The notes: a model not told the origin generated them from the sequence alone. DNA of 63,668 nt, filler included, from Octopus bimaculoides (GCF_001194135.2; 5 parts of 5 records of this genome joined end to end with filler, not necessarily neighbours in it), one strand, 5' to 3'. Counted from the whole stretch's first letter, positions 13,036-25,860 are shown. Program-made: numbers and translations.

Positions 13036-13436
13036 ACAAAGACAACAATGTATTCAACAGAGGAATATAAACATTTAAAACATGATATGAAATAAAATTA
13101 TGCAAAATACATTTCTATGAAGACAAAAAAAAGTTAGAGAAAACAACAGCAATTAATGTGAAAACGAAGAAACCATTAAAATGTTCTCCAAAATACTCGA
13201 GAGAAACAGAAATAAGGATTTTAAGAAAAAAAAAACCCCCAACAAATCACCATTCAACAGGGTAATAAAAAACACACACACAAACACACACACACACACA
13301 CACACANNNNNNNNNNNNNNNNNNNNNNNNNNNNNNNNNNNNNNNNNNNNNNNNNNNNNNNNNNNNNNNNNNNNNNNNNNNNNNNNNNNNNNNNNNNNNN
13401 NNNNNNNNNNNNNNNNNNNNNNNNNNNNNNNNNNNN

Positions 13437-13881
13437 GTAGTGGGGCTTGGTTTTGTTATCCTGATGATGCTGATGGTGGTGGTGGTGGCTGTAGTGGTGG
13501 CGGCGGTGGTGATGAAGGTTATGGTAGCTGTGGATGTGATGATGATAGTGACTGTGGTGATGGTGGTGGTGGTAATGGTGGTAATTGTGGTGATGGTAGT
13601 GATGGTGGTGGTAGTTGTGGTGGTGGTTGCAGTGGTTATGATGGAGGTGGTGGTAGTGGTTGTTGTTGTTGTGGTGGTGTTGGTTGCTGTTGTTGTGCTG
13701 GTTACTGTTGTTGTTGTTGTTGTTGTTGTGGTGGTGGTGGTGGTATGATGAGGGTGGTTATGGTAGTGGTGATGGTAGTGGTGTTGTAGTAGTGGTGGTG
13801 GTCATGATGGGTTGTGATAGTGATGGTGATGTTGATGATGGCATTTTCTGTGGTGGTGGTGGTGGCAGTGTTGTTGTTGTA
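13437..13881. repeat. Trinucleotide mosaic (GGT/GAT/TGT) low-complexity tract
   Basis: Similar mosaics occur at 7650-8330, 16325-16675 and 42780-43105 in either orientation, usually next to gaps. Confidence 0.8.
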
Positions 13882-14745
13882 NNNNNNNNNNNNNNNNNNN
13901 NNNNNNNNNNNNNNNNNNNNNNNNNNNNNNNNNNNNNNNNNNNNNNNNNNNNNNNNNNNNNNNNNNNNNNNNNNNNNNNNNNNNNNNNNNNNNNNNNNNN
14001 NNNNNNNNNNNNNNNNNNNNNNNNNNNNNNNNNNNNNNNNNNNNNNNNNNNNNNNNNNNNNNNNNNNNNNNNNNNNNNNNNNNNNNNNNNNNNNNNNNNN
14101 NNNNNNNNNNNNNNNNNNNNNNNNNNNNNNNNNNNNNNNNNNNNNNNNNNNNNNNNNNNNNNNNNNNNNNNNNNNNNNNNNNNNNNNNNNNNNNNNNNNN
14201 NNNNNNNNNNNNNNNNNNNNNNNNNNNNNNNNNNNNNNNNNNNNNNNNNNNNNNNNNNNNNNNNNNNNNNNNNNNNNNNNNNNNNNNNNNNNNNNNNNNN
14301 NNNNNNNNNNNNNNNNNNNNNNNNNNNNNNNNNNNNNNNNNNNNNNNNNNNNNNNNNNNNNNNNNNNNNNNNNNNNNNNNNNNNNNNNNNNNNNNNNNNN
14401 NNNNNNNNNNNNNNNNNNNNNNNNNNNNNNNNNNNNNNNNNNNNNNNNNNNNNNNNNNNNNNNNNNNNNNNNNNNNNNNNNNNNNNNNNNNNNNNNNNNN
14501 NNNNNNNNNNNNNNNNNNNNNNNNNNNNNNNNNNNNNNNNNNNNNNNNNNNNNNNNNNNNNNNNNNNNNNNNNNNNNNNNNNNNNNNNNNNNNNNNNNNN
14601 NNNNNNNNNNNNNNNNNNNNNNNNNNNNNNNNNNNNNNNNNNNNNNNNNNNNNNNNNNNNNNNNNNNNNNNNNNNNNNNNNNNNNNNNNNNNNNNNNNNN
14701 NNNNNNNNNNNNNNNNNNNNNNNNNNNNNNATGTGTGTATATATA

Positions 14746-15380
14746 TAGGGTGTGATGGGTAAATTGTTGCCATTTTTTTTTAAAGTTTGCACAAGCACCT
14801 TGCTTGCTTTTGATTTTGTCAACTACACAACACAATTCACTTTGCCAGAAATTTAGAAACGTCATGCTGTACTGCTTGTCATTTTTGCCGGAAGCTTCAA
14901 TACGAATATTTCAGAGTGTTTGGGTGTAAAAATCAAACATCTAGTCAACATCATGGTGTTTGGAATGATCACTAGTGATAGCGACAGTATGCCTCCATTC
15001 ATCTTCCCACACGATCTCAGACTCAACACGGAGGCCTACATCAAGTGCCTGGAGGAGGTAATGCTGCCCTGGGTGAAGATGATGGCTGCTGGAAGACCCT
15101 ATGTCTAGCAACAGGACTCTGCACCATGCCACACAAGCAGGAGAACCCAGTCATGGCTGTCAAACAATTTCTGCGACCACACCACCCCTAACATCTGGCT
15201 GCCTAACTCCCCAGATTGCAGCCCCCTTAATTATTATGTGAGGGGCACAGTTGAGCAAGGGACTAACAAAACTCCTTTTAACAACAAAGATGAATTGAAG
15301 GCAAGGATTATGGCGGCATTCACCAACTTAAACAAGGAAACTGTCCAGAAGAGTTGCAGGAGGTCCCAAAGTCGTCTAGA
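14746..15380 (+). mobile_element. Internally deleted maT-type (DD37D) Tc1/mariner transposon
   Basis: TA followed by TIR-like TAGGGTGTGATGGGTAAATTG. The N-terminal KRHAVLLVI piece is fused to VMVFGMITSD...GRPYV*QQDSAPCHTSRRTQSWL...WLPNSPDCSPLNYY. There are 37 residues between the second Asp and the third catalytic position, which is mutated to Asn. Confidence 0.85.
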
Positions 15381-15382
15381 CG

Positions 15383-15480
15383 TGAGATGAAGTGGTAAGG
15401 ACCGATCTCAGGATGTTGGGCCACACTGAAAAAATGACAATGGACCAAGATGTCTGGTGATAGGAAGTTGTTGAGAACCC
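15383..15480 (+). mobile_element. Probable RTE-like LINE C-terminal remnant
   Basis: Decayed reading KW*GTDLRMLGHTEKMTMDQDVW resembles the RTE C-terminal W...DL..LG....DR..W pattern. Confidence 0.4.
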
Positions 15481-15944
15481 CCCCACACACACACACATCA
15501 GCAAAACTCTTCCACAACAAACCAAACTACATTTCTTCTTTCTCACATTTCCCCTTCATGCTCTAGGCTTACCTCTCACTCCCCCAATCCTGTCCTCTTG
15601 GTCCTGTGCCACTGTATCATTGCTCTCCACTAGCTTCTGACCTGTATGCTCCACCCCCGCCCTGCCTCACTGTATTATTGTGTATGCCTAGCACTCTGTC
15701 ACCATCTCTATCCCTACTGTCTTCCTCTCTCTCTCACCTCCTGTATTTCTTTCAGGTTGGGTATTCATGTATTTCCTTAGCAACAGCACACCTGTTTCTG
15801 TCTTCATTCCTGATCCCTCTCTCTCTCTCTCTCTCTCCCCTTGTACCTCCTCTACTGCAAGACACCTGTCTCTCTGCCTCACTATAACCTTTCATTATCT
15901 AATACAAGATCACCATCTCCAATGCCCCTCCCCTCTTAAAAGTT

Positions 15945-16258
15945 TTTTTGCCTTGCAAGTACTTGGTGACCCTGTCAGTGCAGGTGCCACTTAAAAGCAC
16001 CCAGTCCACACTGTAAAGTGGATGGCATTTGGAAGGGCATCCAGCCTGTGAAAACCTTGTCACAACTGACCTCGCCTGTGCTTGTGCCATGTAAAAAGCA
16101 CTAAGTCCACTCTGCAGGGTGGTTGGTGTTAGGAAGGGCATCCAGCTGTAAAAATCCTGCCAACAGAAGTCTTGTGTAGCCTTCCACTTGGCCAGCACTT
16201 GTTAAACTGTCCCACCCATGCCAGCATGGAACACAGGCATTAAACTATGATGATGATA
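15945..16258 (+). mobile_element. SINE with RTE-like tail (family E, possibly Ceph-type), internal duplication, (GAT)n tail
   Basis: Two copies of AAAAGCAC...GGAAGGGCATCCAGC, ending CCCATGCCAGCATGGAA...GATGATGAT. A related copy lies at 12475-12700. Confidence 0.7.
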
Positions 16259-16806
16259 TATATGCCATAGTACCTCCCAAAACTAGACACCAATATCTTA
16301 GTGTTATCTAAGCTTAAGAGGGGATAAGGAGGTGGAGGTGGTGATGGAGTTGGTGGGTGGTGGTAGTGGTGGTGGTGGTGAGGATGATGATAAAGATGAC
16401 AATGATGATGATGTGGAGGAGGAAGTTTATTATTATTATGGTGGTGGTGGTGGGGAGGAGGAAGAGGAGGAGGTGGGTGATAATGATGGAGGAAGAAGAG
16501 GAAAGTAGTGCCGGTAGTGGTATTGACAATGATGATGATGATGAGGAGGTGGTGGTCGAAGAGGAGGAAGGGGATAAGGAGGTGGTGGTGGTGATGATAA
16601 AGATGACAATAATGATGTGGATTCGTTGTTGTTGTTGTGGTGTGGTGGTGGTGGTGTTGGTGGTGATGATGATAATGTGTTTAAATACAAACTGTATGCA
16701 AATAAGNNNNNNNNNNNNNNNNNNNNNNNNNNNNNNNNNNNNNNNNNNNNTTAATTAATTAANNNNNNNNNNNNNNNNNNNNNNNNNNNNNNNNNNNNNN
16801 NNNNNN

Positions 16807-17202
16807 TATGTTATATATATTTGTAAGTCCTGGTGTTTTGTTATGTATTTGTCTGAATATTTTTTTATTATACCTAAGGCACCTACTATGATAGGAATTG
16901 TTTCTGTTTTTAGATTCCACATTCGAGTTATCTCTATTTCCAGGTCTTTGTATTTTGAAAGTTTCTCCATTTCTTTTAGGGAAAGGTTGTCATCTGCTGG
17001 TATTGATACATCAATTAGAAAGCATTTTTTTCCTTCGTGATCTTTGACAACTATATCTGGTCTATTGGCCTTAATTTCTCTATCTGTGTGTATTGGCATA
17101 TCCCAGAGTATGGTTGCTTTCTCGTTTTCTGTGACCTTCTTGTGTTGGCATAGGTTCCAGTGCATGTAGGTCCTAACTCTGTCGTATCTGTGAACATATT
17201 CC
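16807..17202 (-). mobile_element. 5'-truncated R4/Dong-like fragment (endonuclease region), a different subfamily
   Basis: ORF 16755-17432 contains ILWDMPIHTDREIKANRPDIVVKD...CFLIDVSIP...EKLSKYKDLEIEITRMW...IPIIVGALG. Its 5' junction abuts a (TAA)38 array. Confidence 0.85.
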
Positions 17203-17317
<115 letters not shown>

Positions 17318-17319
17318 AA

Positions 17320-17535
17320 GACGATGGGCTGGTAGAACCGTTAGCACACTGTACAAAATGTTTAGCGGAATTTCGTCCTTCTGCACAACCTGAGTTCATA
17401 TTCCACCGAGGTCTACTTTGCTTTTCATCCAATCGCGGTCGAAAAGTTAAATATCAGTGAAACACTGTGGACGATGACATGGACTAGACCCTCCACCAAA
17501 TTTCAGGCCTGGCGCCTTTGGTAGAAAGGATTATT
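17320..17535 (+). mobile_element. Family B SINE with (ATT)n tail, embedded in the R4/TTA stack
   Basis: Same head and core; the tail GGATTATTAATATTATT leads into a TTA-rich tract. Confidence 0.8.
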
Positions 17536-17588
17536 AATATTATTACTATTATTACTATTATCATCATCATCATTATTATTATTATTTT

Positions 17589-17715
17589 ATGTTTGACTTT
17601 TGTTTTGCATTTGTACAAGTTGGATCCAAGTCTCACCCAGAGACCTCAAGAGACAAGAAGTTAGAAGTTCATGTAGGTGTTATGCCTAGGGTACCATATA
17701 TTTGGATTTGTACAG

Positions 17716-17716
<1 letters not shown>
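17589..17716 (-). mobile_element. Short 3'-end-only copy of the R4/Dong-like element
   Basis: About 90% identical by eye to 17801-17928, and flanked on both sides by TTA arrays. Confidence 0.8.
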
Positions 17717-17800
<84 letters not shown>

Positions 17801-17802
<2 letters not shown>

Positions 17803-20800
17803 TCTGACTTTTGCTTTGCATTTGTACAAGTTGGCTCCAAGTCTCATCCAGAGACCTCAAGAGTCAACAAGTTAGAAGTTCCTGTTGGTGTTATGCCTAG
17901 GGTGCCATATATTTGGTTTTGTGCATAGTATTGTTCTAGAGAATGTTTAAGAAACCATAAGAAAATTATGTGTTTGTTTTAAAACTTGAGATTACATAGA
18001 CAGTATTTTACGTAGGATATGGGCAGTTCCCATGAGCACTCTCTTTTGAAGTTTTGCCATTTTAGGGTTTCCTGGTATCTGAGCAAGGAAGCAGTCATCC
18101 TTTTTTGCTATCATTCCTAGAACACCTGTGACAACAAGCATTGTTTTAGTTTTGAGTTTCCACATTTTGCCAATTTGTCGACAGATACGTTTATATCGAT
18201 TGGGACAGTCATATCAATGAGGAGGCATGATTTTTGTCTGAAGTCTTTCAGTTTGATGTCTGGCCTATTTGCGTCTATCTTTCTGTCAGTTTGAATAGCG
18301 AATTTCCAGAAGAGTGAGATGTGCTTTGTGTTCCCACCAGTTTTTATCATGGGGCAGGTGCAGGTTTTTGCAAATTACCCAGTGAATATATATTGTGCTG
18401 CTCTATCATGCCTGTTGAGATACTCTCTAGGCGAAAGAAGACTGCACATGGAGACAACATGATCAATGGTTTCATTTTGTTGCTGACATGCACGACATGT
18501 TGGGTTACTGCCGTTCTTTAATATGTTGGCCTGATAGTTCCTTGTAGGTAGACATTGATCTTGGGCTGTTACGATAAACCCTTCTGTTTCTGATTTCAAG
18601 CCAGAAGACACCAATCATTGATGGGTAAGGGCTTTATCAACATCGGCATTATTAGCTCTCTTTGGGTATTTGCCATTGAGAGTTTTTTCTTGCCATTGAT
18701 CAATAAGAATATCTGAGGCAGTAGTTTCAGCACGGGTCTTCATATGCTTAGTTTTGTCTGTGCTTGTTTCTAATACGTCTAACTCTGGAATGTGTTGTAT
18801 TTGGAATTCACTTAGATATTCCTTTGCCTGTTTTGTTATCGAGTATGATGCTTTCTTGTTTTCATGCTTTGAGACAAGTTTGAACATCCAGTTATTAGAG
18901 TTTATCAGTAAGGTGTTTAGGCCAATTGTAACAACCTTCATTGTTAATTATAGTTGTATAAGTCCATGGCCACCCACTTTTCTTAGCAGGTAAAGTCGTT
19001 TTATATCTGCCTTAGGGTGGTGCATTGTATGCATTGTCAACAATCTTCGGATTTTTCTGTCAAGACTACATATTTCAATAATTGACCAGTTAATGATATT
19101 GAAACTGTAAGTCACGACTGGTATCGCTAGAACATTGATCGCTTCGATCTTGTTTCTTGCATTCAGCTCTGTCTTAATTATTGCTCTTACCCTGCGAAAA
19201 CATTCTCTTCTGATCCTTTCCCTCATCACTGAAAGTTTGATTTCGTCGCCTTCAAAACCCCCTAGGTATTTGCTGCTCTCCGCCGTTTCTAACTCTTTTA
19301 TGACATTTTGCTGGTCAAGGTTCACGTTAGATGTTTTTGTCATTTATCCTTTGTTAAAGGTAGCTTTTGCACATTTATCGAGGCCAAATTGCATCCTGAT
19401 GACATCACTGAATTGTTTAACAATCGCTAGTGAGCCCTGTAGTTGTTGGTCATATTTTGCAAAGAGCTTTAAATCATCCATGTAAATGAGATGATTTATA
19501 TTTTTGTCAAACATTTTATAGCTGTGTTGTACATCATTGAGCAATTTCGAGAGAGGTATTAAGACTAGACAAAAGAGGAGTAGTGATAGTGAGTCACTTT
19601 GGAAAATGTCACAAGAAATTCTTACATCTCCGGCATTAAGAAATTCATTATCATTGTTCAAAGTCAGTGTGGTTCTCTATGATATCAGGTGCTATTTTAT
19701 ACATTTCCAGACATTTCTTAATCCATCTGTGTATTAGACTATCAAAAACTTTTTTATAGTCTATCCAGGCTATCGACAAGTTTTTGAGTCGTGTGTGACA
19801 ATCTTCTGAGATCATCTTATTGATGAGAAGCTGATTTGTACAACCATAGGACACACGTTTACGTCATTTTTGCTCATTAGGGAATATGCCACTTTCTATT
19901 AAAAAAAACAAAACTCTAGTTATATTCAGCTAAGACAGATGTTAGTGTTTTATACATTGTTGTTAAGCAGGTTATTGGTCTATAATTCATTGGTTCGTTT
20001 GTTTCTTCATTTTTTTGGAAGTAGGAATGTTACAACTTTAAGTAGATAAGAGGGAATCATACTAGGTTGTTGCAAAACGTTGTTGTAAAGTTTTGTTAGC
20101 AGTTCATGGCTCTCTGGGAAGGCATTCAACCAGAAGTTAGGAATTTCATCCTTTCCTAGAGACGTCCATTTGCTTGACTTCCTGAGAGCAGATCTTACAT
20201 CCTCTACCTTTACACCCTCCCACTTTTGCTCATCTAAGGAGTCCATGTCTGTAGATATTCTATTAATCGATGGGGCTTTTCATTGTGTGTTTTATTCCAA
20301 AATTTCTGCACTTCTTTTAAAGGAACAGACTTTACTGTAACTGGTATTTTCCCTATCTTCCTGTAAAAAATGTGGGCGTTATTTTCGAGCATGTTGCTGT
20401 CCCTGAAGAATCTAACGCGCTTTTCATACCTTGCTATGCGTGCAGCTTTAGCACATACCTTTTGCTTGACAGTTTCTATGATGGTATCGATGTCAGATAT
20501 GGCTTTCATAGTATATTTTTTCTTTAATGTTCGGATTTGTTCTTTGGCTTGATAGTCTTGTCAAACTTAAGTCTTTTTAAGCATTCTACTTCAGACTACC
20601 TTCTTGTCAAGTGGGCTTCTTGTGGGAATGTTGTCGTTTTTTAATCTTTTCACCTCATAGAATCATTGAGATTTTCGCGGATGCATAATACAGTTGGTTG
20701 AAATCTGTAATGTAAACGCCATTAGTTGAAATTATATTCTTAAGTGCAAGGCGGATTTTACCAATTACTTTAAAGTTTTGGTTAGAATTGCAAATTTTTA

Positions 20801-21219
20801 GTGTTTATGTTTGGTTCAGAGAGTATTTCACTCTGCTTATCAGTTACATTGACCCTTTCTATCATTACTGCATTTTCCTCAGACCTGGGTTGGCCTTTAA
20901 TTATTTCCACTGCAGTATCTTCTATAGCTGAAATGTCGTTCCTTTTATGCGTTACTGATTGTTTAATTTGGACAATCTCTAATTCAGTTAGTAATGTCTT
21001 TTTGATAATGTTTCTTCTGACGTTGGCAAGTTTGTTACTGTCTATGTAGGGTCTTACTTCAAGGTGTTTCTGACTCCAGTTTAAGTTGGTTTGTGCAGTA
21101 TTAGATTTATTTGCGAGGAAATAAATGGCATGATAGAAGGCGTTGAGACCTTCTTTATTATCTCCCCTTGACTATTTTTCATTCTTTTTCTTTTGGTTAT
21201 TTGATGACGAGAATGGATG
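17801..21219 (-). mobile_element. Near full-length, decayed R4/Dong-like non-LTR retrotransposon (RT plus restriction-like endonuclease)
   Basis: Frameshifted ORF pieces: N-terminal NKLANVRRNIIKK; RT motifs IFQSDSLSLLLFCLVLIPLS and HLIYMDDLKLFAK; ETEGFIVTAQDQCLPTRNYQ; zinc knuckle CRACQQQNETIDHVVSMC; RLE motif TDRKIDANRPDI. The 3' end runs into (TAA)n. Confidence 0.9.
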
Positions 21220-21363
21220 GCCAAAAAACAAATCCGAACATTAAAGAAAAAATATACTATGAAAGCCATATTTGACATCGATACCATCATAGAAACTGTC
21301 AAGCAAAAGGTATGTGCTAAAGCTACACGCATAGCAAGGTATGAAAAGCGCGTTAGATTCTTC
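21220..21363 (+). mobile_element. Inverted copy of an internal segment (20405-20548) of the R4-like element, at its 5' end
   Basis: Reverse complement of 20405-20548 with 3 mismatches in 144 bp. Confidence 0.85.
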
Positions 21364-22009
21364 CAACTCCTGAGTAGACTTCTTATCACTCAGCAAGTAA
21401 CTGAATAGAGTTGTGCATTAACTGAGTGGAGTGTGCCGAGAAATTACATGGATGGATAGTTCTGTCACTGCTGCCAGATGTAAGATACATATATACAACC
21501 ATCACTCTTAAGAGAGGTTTTCCCAATAAAATGACCGAACACTTGATTATTTGGTAAGCTTCTACACAGCTGCAGCAGTGAAAATATACAAGACTCTAAA
21601 GTTTACAATATGAATTTGATTTTGCTATGTACATTCCAACGATGCAACATTGTATCTTTGTTAGAAACTAGCTTCTTTATTACTGGAAGATTTCAAACAG
21701 TTGAGGGCATACAAGGCATTGATCGACCCCGGGCTATAGTAGAAACACTTGCGCTTAAGGATCTACACAGTGGGTATGAATCGGAAACCACGGGGTTGTA
21801 AAGCGAGCTTCTAGTCAACATACCTGGATAAAATTTCTTTAATCGTCAGATGCAAATATTCCATTATCCTTAAGAAACGAGAGATTTTTACAATTTCGAT
21901 ATCATTATACAGTCAATGACGGAAAATTTGCTTCTTAATTTATATATCTAATTAGTTTGTTTGTTTTTGAAGGACAATCATTGAGACCAAAACATTAAAT
22001 ATTTTTCAG

Positions 22010-22216
22010 ATATTGAGAATGATCCCCGGTGTATACACAAGAACGGAAGTAACCCTGAACCAACCGACTGTGCAAGATTTGTTGAATGCTGGGAAGGAAC
22101 TTCACTTTCTGTGAAATGGTGTCCCCAAGGTCTTCTCTACAATACAACGAAACGAATGTGCATGTGGCCCACCAGAGTAGACTGCTCCAATCGACCAAAC
22201 AAGATGGCGGATAGCG
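22010..22216 (+). CDS. Internal exon (phase 1-1, 207 nt) encoding a chitin-binding type 2 (CBM14/peritrophin-A) domain
   Basis: Acceptor atttttcag ends at 22009 and donor GTAACA starts at 22217. Open frame (D)IENDPRCIHKNGSNPEPTDCARFVECWEGTSLSVKWCPQGLLYNTTKRMCMWPTRVDCSNRPNKMADS. Cys spacing CX12CX5CX10CX12CX7C with the typical aromatic residues. Missed by the ATG-based ORF track. Confidence 0.9.
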
Positions 22217-22272
22217 GTAACATTCACATTCTTGTTTTTGTCCCCCCCTCCTTTTAATGAAAATATAAACGA

Positions 22273-22490
22273 AGGTGGTGAACTGTCTGAATCGTTAGCA
22301 CGCCGGATAAAATGTTTAGTAGCATTTCGTCCATGTTTACGTTCTGAATTCAATTCCACCAAGGTCGACTTTGCCTTCTGTCCTTTCGAGATCGTTAAAA
22401 TAAATACCAGTTAATCACTGGGATCGATGTAATCGACTTACCTCCAACCACGAAATTGTTGGCTGTATGCCACAATTTGAAATCAATATA
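22273..22490 (+). mobile_element. Family B SINE directly downstream of the first CBM14 exon
   Basis: Family B head and core. Other copies or fragments lie near 10495-10620 (-), 28990-29215, 47137-47340 and 54420-54570 (-). Confidence 0.8.
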
Positions 22491-22515
22491 AATAGATAGT
22501 ATAAACGTAAAACTG

Positions 22516-22893
22516 GAAGCGCAATGGCCCAGTGGTTAGGGCAGCGGACTCGCGGTCGTAGGATCGCGGTTTCGATTCCCAGACCGGGCGTTGTGAGTGT
22601 TTATTGAACGAAAACACCTAAAGTTCCACGAGGCTCCGGCAGGGGATGGTGATGACCCCTGCTGTACTCTTAAACTACAACTTTCTCTCACTCTTACTTC
22701 CTGTTTCTGTTGTACCTGTAATCAAAGAGCCAGCCTTGTCACTCTGTGTCACGCTGAATATCCCTAAGAACTACATTAAGGGTACACGTGTCTGTGGAGT
22801 GCTCAGCCACTTGCACGTTAATTTCTCGAGCAGGCTGTTCCGTTGATCGGATCAACTGGAACCCTCGTCGTCGTAACTGACGGAGTGCCAACG
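22516..22893 (+). mobile_element. Full-length tRNA-derived SINE (family A) with 11-bp TSD
   Basis: A-box and B-box-like head (TGGCCCAGTGG...GGTTTCGATTCCC). TSD AAACGTAAAAC at 22503-22513 and 22894-22904. A closely related copy lies at 30189-30580. Confidence 0.9.
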
Positions 22894-23401
22894 AAACGTA
22901 AAACCAAGCCACCTCTCTAATGTGTGTAAGCGGCAAGATTTAAATAGAATGAGAAGTTGATTAAATGATATCAATTACACAGACTTAAGTTGAACAACTT
23001 ATTCAGACGAGCCATCGTGTATGCCTGTTTGTTAAGAACTCAATATACAAGAAGTAGCAATCATATTTCCCTAAAATTTCCTCACTAGCTTGTAAATAAA
23101 GAAAAGACATCCAAAAATGTAATCCTAGATGCATTAGTTCAGGAAAATGATGCTTAGGTAACTGCTGAAAAATCTTAGATTTCGAACATAAATTAAAATA
23201 AAAATTGTGGCTGAAGTTTTAATTTCGATCATTTAAAATCTTTTGTTACCGTCTTTCTAATGAAAAACATTACATATGTGTCAGTGAACATCGAAAAGAT
23301 GGAAGAATTTTGTAAAATAGCTTAATCAGTATTGAACTAGTATTTGAAGCTTAAATAAACATGAAATTTTGATGGAAGGTTTAACATCAGTGGTTTAAGA
23401 T

Positions 23402-23648
23402 CAGTAGAGCCCAAACTTTTTCGGTTTGGCCGCATTCCTAGCACACCCACACTCACCACCACCACCACTACCGCCGCCGCCGCCACCGCCACCGCCGATC
23501 ACTTTCTGAATCAAATTCAGAATAAGTGTATTTCACAAATAAAACGTAGCCTAATTAGCCCATTATTTTGTAGATTTCCCGTTATCGCCCAAATTTTCTT
23601 CAACGCCACCCTGCGCCCTTCCAGTACTGCTCACTTTGAGAACCACTG
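23402..23648. mobile_element. hAT (Charlie-like) MITE
   Basis: Imperfect TIRs CAGTAGAGCCCAAACT and CTTTGAGAACCACTG. The right flank ATCTAG resembles the Charlie target, but the TSD is not cleanly preserved. Confidence 0.5.
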
Positions 23649-24572
23649 ATCTAGTTCGTTTTAAAACTGGAAATTTGCAATGTAGAAGCGAGGGCAATCT
23701 TGAGCCTGCAGCGTCCCAATTCCTCAGCGAACTTTAGGTTTACCAAAAATTGATAGGCACTCATTATTTATTGTACTTTGTTTAGTGACTGACCCGATGT
23801 CTTGTAGCTAAGAGTTAAGACTAATTTGTTGCATATTATAGTGGTGGTTGTGTTAGTGGGGTCGTTATACCAATGATAAACAAGCGCTGATTCAATTTCA
23901 CTTCTTTTATTATTATTTCTCAATTTTTTTTCTTTAATTTAGTCTTATGCTTGGTGGGTAGGGTAATTGAATGAATATCAAACTAAATGACGTGACGCTT
24001 TGTGCCATAACAGTCACTGTCTTCATTACTGGTTGCTTTCTTTGTTCCTGGTGCATGATTCAAATATTGATTGAGGTTTATTATCGTTTTATCATCGAGA
24101 AACTACACACAATTCGCGGAGATATTATATTTAATTTATTCTTAAGCGGTTTCCGTGTCGTAACTTAATGCAAAGATGAGTAAATATTTTAAAACATAAA
24201 ACTCATTGCTGTGATATTAAATGCAATAGGAGTTATTATTATCGTTACTTGCAATATATATATATATATATATANNNNNNNNNNNNNNNNNNNNNNNNNN
24301 NNNNNNNNNNNNNNNNNNNNNNNNNNNNNNNNNNNNNNNNNNNNNNNNNNNNNNNNNNNNNNNNNNNNNNNNNNNNNNNNNNNNNNNNNNNNNNNNNNNN
24401 NNNNNNNNNNNNNNNNNNNNNNNNNNNNNNNNNNNNNNNNNNNNNNNNNNNNNNNNNNNNNNNNNNNNNNNNNNNNNNNNNNNNNNNNNNNNNNNNNNNN
24501 NNNNNNNNNNNNNNNNNNNNNNNNNNNNNNNNNNNNNNNNNNNNNNNNNNNNNNNNNNNNNNNNNNNNNNNN

Positions 24573-24621
<49 letters not shown>

Positions 24622-25570
24622 GACATGTACATACCTACCTACATACATACATCTGTGTGTATATGTGAATGTGTGTGTGTGTGTGTGTGTGTGTGGGTGT
24701 GTATACTTTAATAGCTCCAACCTACACACAGCTCGTACAGGTTTTATAAAATAATTATACTTAAACGGTTTCCATTATGAGGTTTGTTCATATGTAATTA
24801 CATAGTTTAAAATGACGTATTGACAATGTTTCCTTTTTACATGTCTGCACTTTACAAACAAGTTATTATTGCTTTTCTAAGTAGTTTGTATTTTCTCTAA
24901 TATTTACCTTACCGTTGATTTTCCGCCCCATATCGTTGCTATTTTATTTTAATCTTTATTGACTATTCTCAACATTGCACCACATTACAACTAGAATATT
25001 TTTCAGGTGCCTTATTTCTATGCAATCTCAACCATCCAGCTACTCCCACACACAAATTAAATACTCCTCCATACAAACACAGAAAGACAGAGAGCGAGAG
25101 AGATAGAGAGAGAATATCAGTTTGATCCTCTCCGTACCTCTACTCATTTTCATTCACGTCTGTACAAAGACGCACGAATATGCACTCAAGTGCATATCCC
25201 TCGGGCTGTCACCTCATGTATGCACTATAACTTACTATCATGGTGGAAATATAGATTCTGAATTCAACATCAACAACCGTACACAGAACAACCTAACACA
25301 AATATGCGTATTATATATATGAGATAACTTCACTCCGCTGGCTTGCCGGGAAACACTGAGTCCCGCATGTGATTGTTATATGTTTGTATAAGAAATATAT
25401 TTGTGTCTTTGTGAATGTGTGTATGTTTGTGTGTGTATGTACCCGTGTGTGCAACTGTGTGCGTGTGTACATAGAATGTAACATTGAAAACTAGAAAGGG
25501 AAACTAATTAATATCCAGATAAAGCTAAATTTATACATCATATTTTTCTCTTTTTTTTTTTTCATAACAG

Positions 25571-25779
25571 CAAAGCTCAGTAAATTCCGATCAGAGTGCG
25601 ATGTAGCGCGAGGTAAAGGCCACATCCTTATCACTTATCCAGGTGACTGCAGCCAGTATATATCCTGCGATTCAAATGACCAGAACCCTCAACGGTGTGC
25701 TTCAGGTACAGTGTTCAACCCTGATAAACAACGATGCGATTTTCGTTCCAACGTACCCAGCTGTAAATTAGACCACTGA
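25571..25779 (+). CDS. Terminal exon (phase 1) encoding a second CBM14 domain, ending in TGA
   Basis: Poly-T tract plus ttcataacag acceptor ending at 25570. The phase matches the upstream exon (G|CA = Ala). KLSKFRSECDVARGKGHILITYPGDCSQYISCDSNDQNPQRCASGTVFNPDKQRCDFRSNVPSCKLDH*; spacing CX16CX5CX9CX12CX8C; stop at 25777-25779. Confidence 0.9.
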
Positions 25780-25803
25780 AGCATCAAGCCCTCGATATTA
25801 ACA

Positions 25804-25860
<57 letters not shown>

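Noticed and set aside
13437-13881. Gly/Cys/Asp-rich reading (metallothionein-like) and His-rich antisense reading (beak-protein-like)
   Set aside because: This is a trinucleotide mosaic, open in several frames on both strands and without splice signals. Similar tracts recur four times in the window in both orientations.
22516-22590. tRNA gene
   Set aside because: The A and B boxes are present, but there is no full cloverleaf and the sequence continues into a SINE body with a TSD. The same applies to the other tRNA-like heads.
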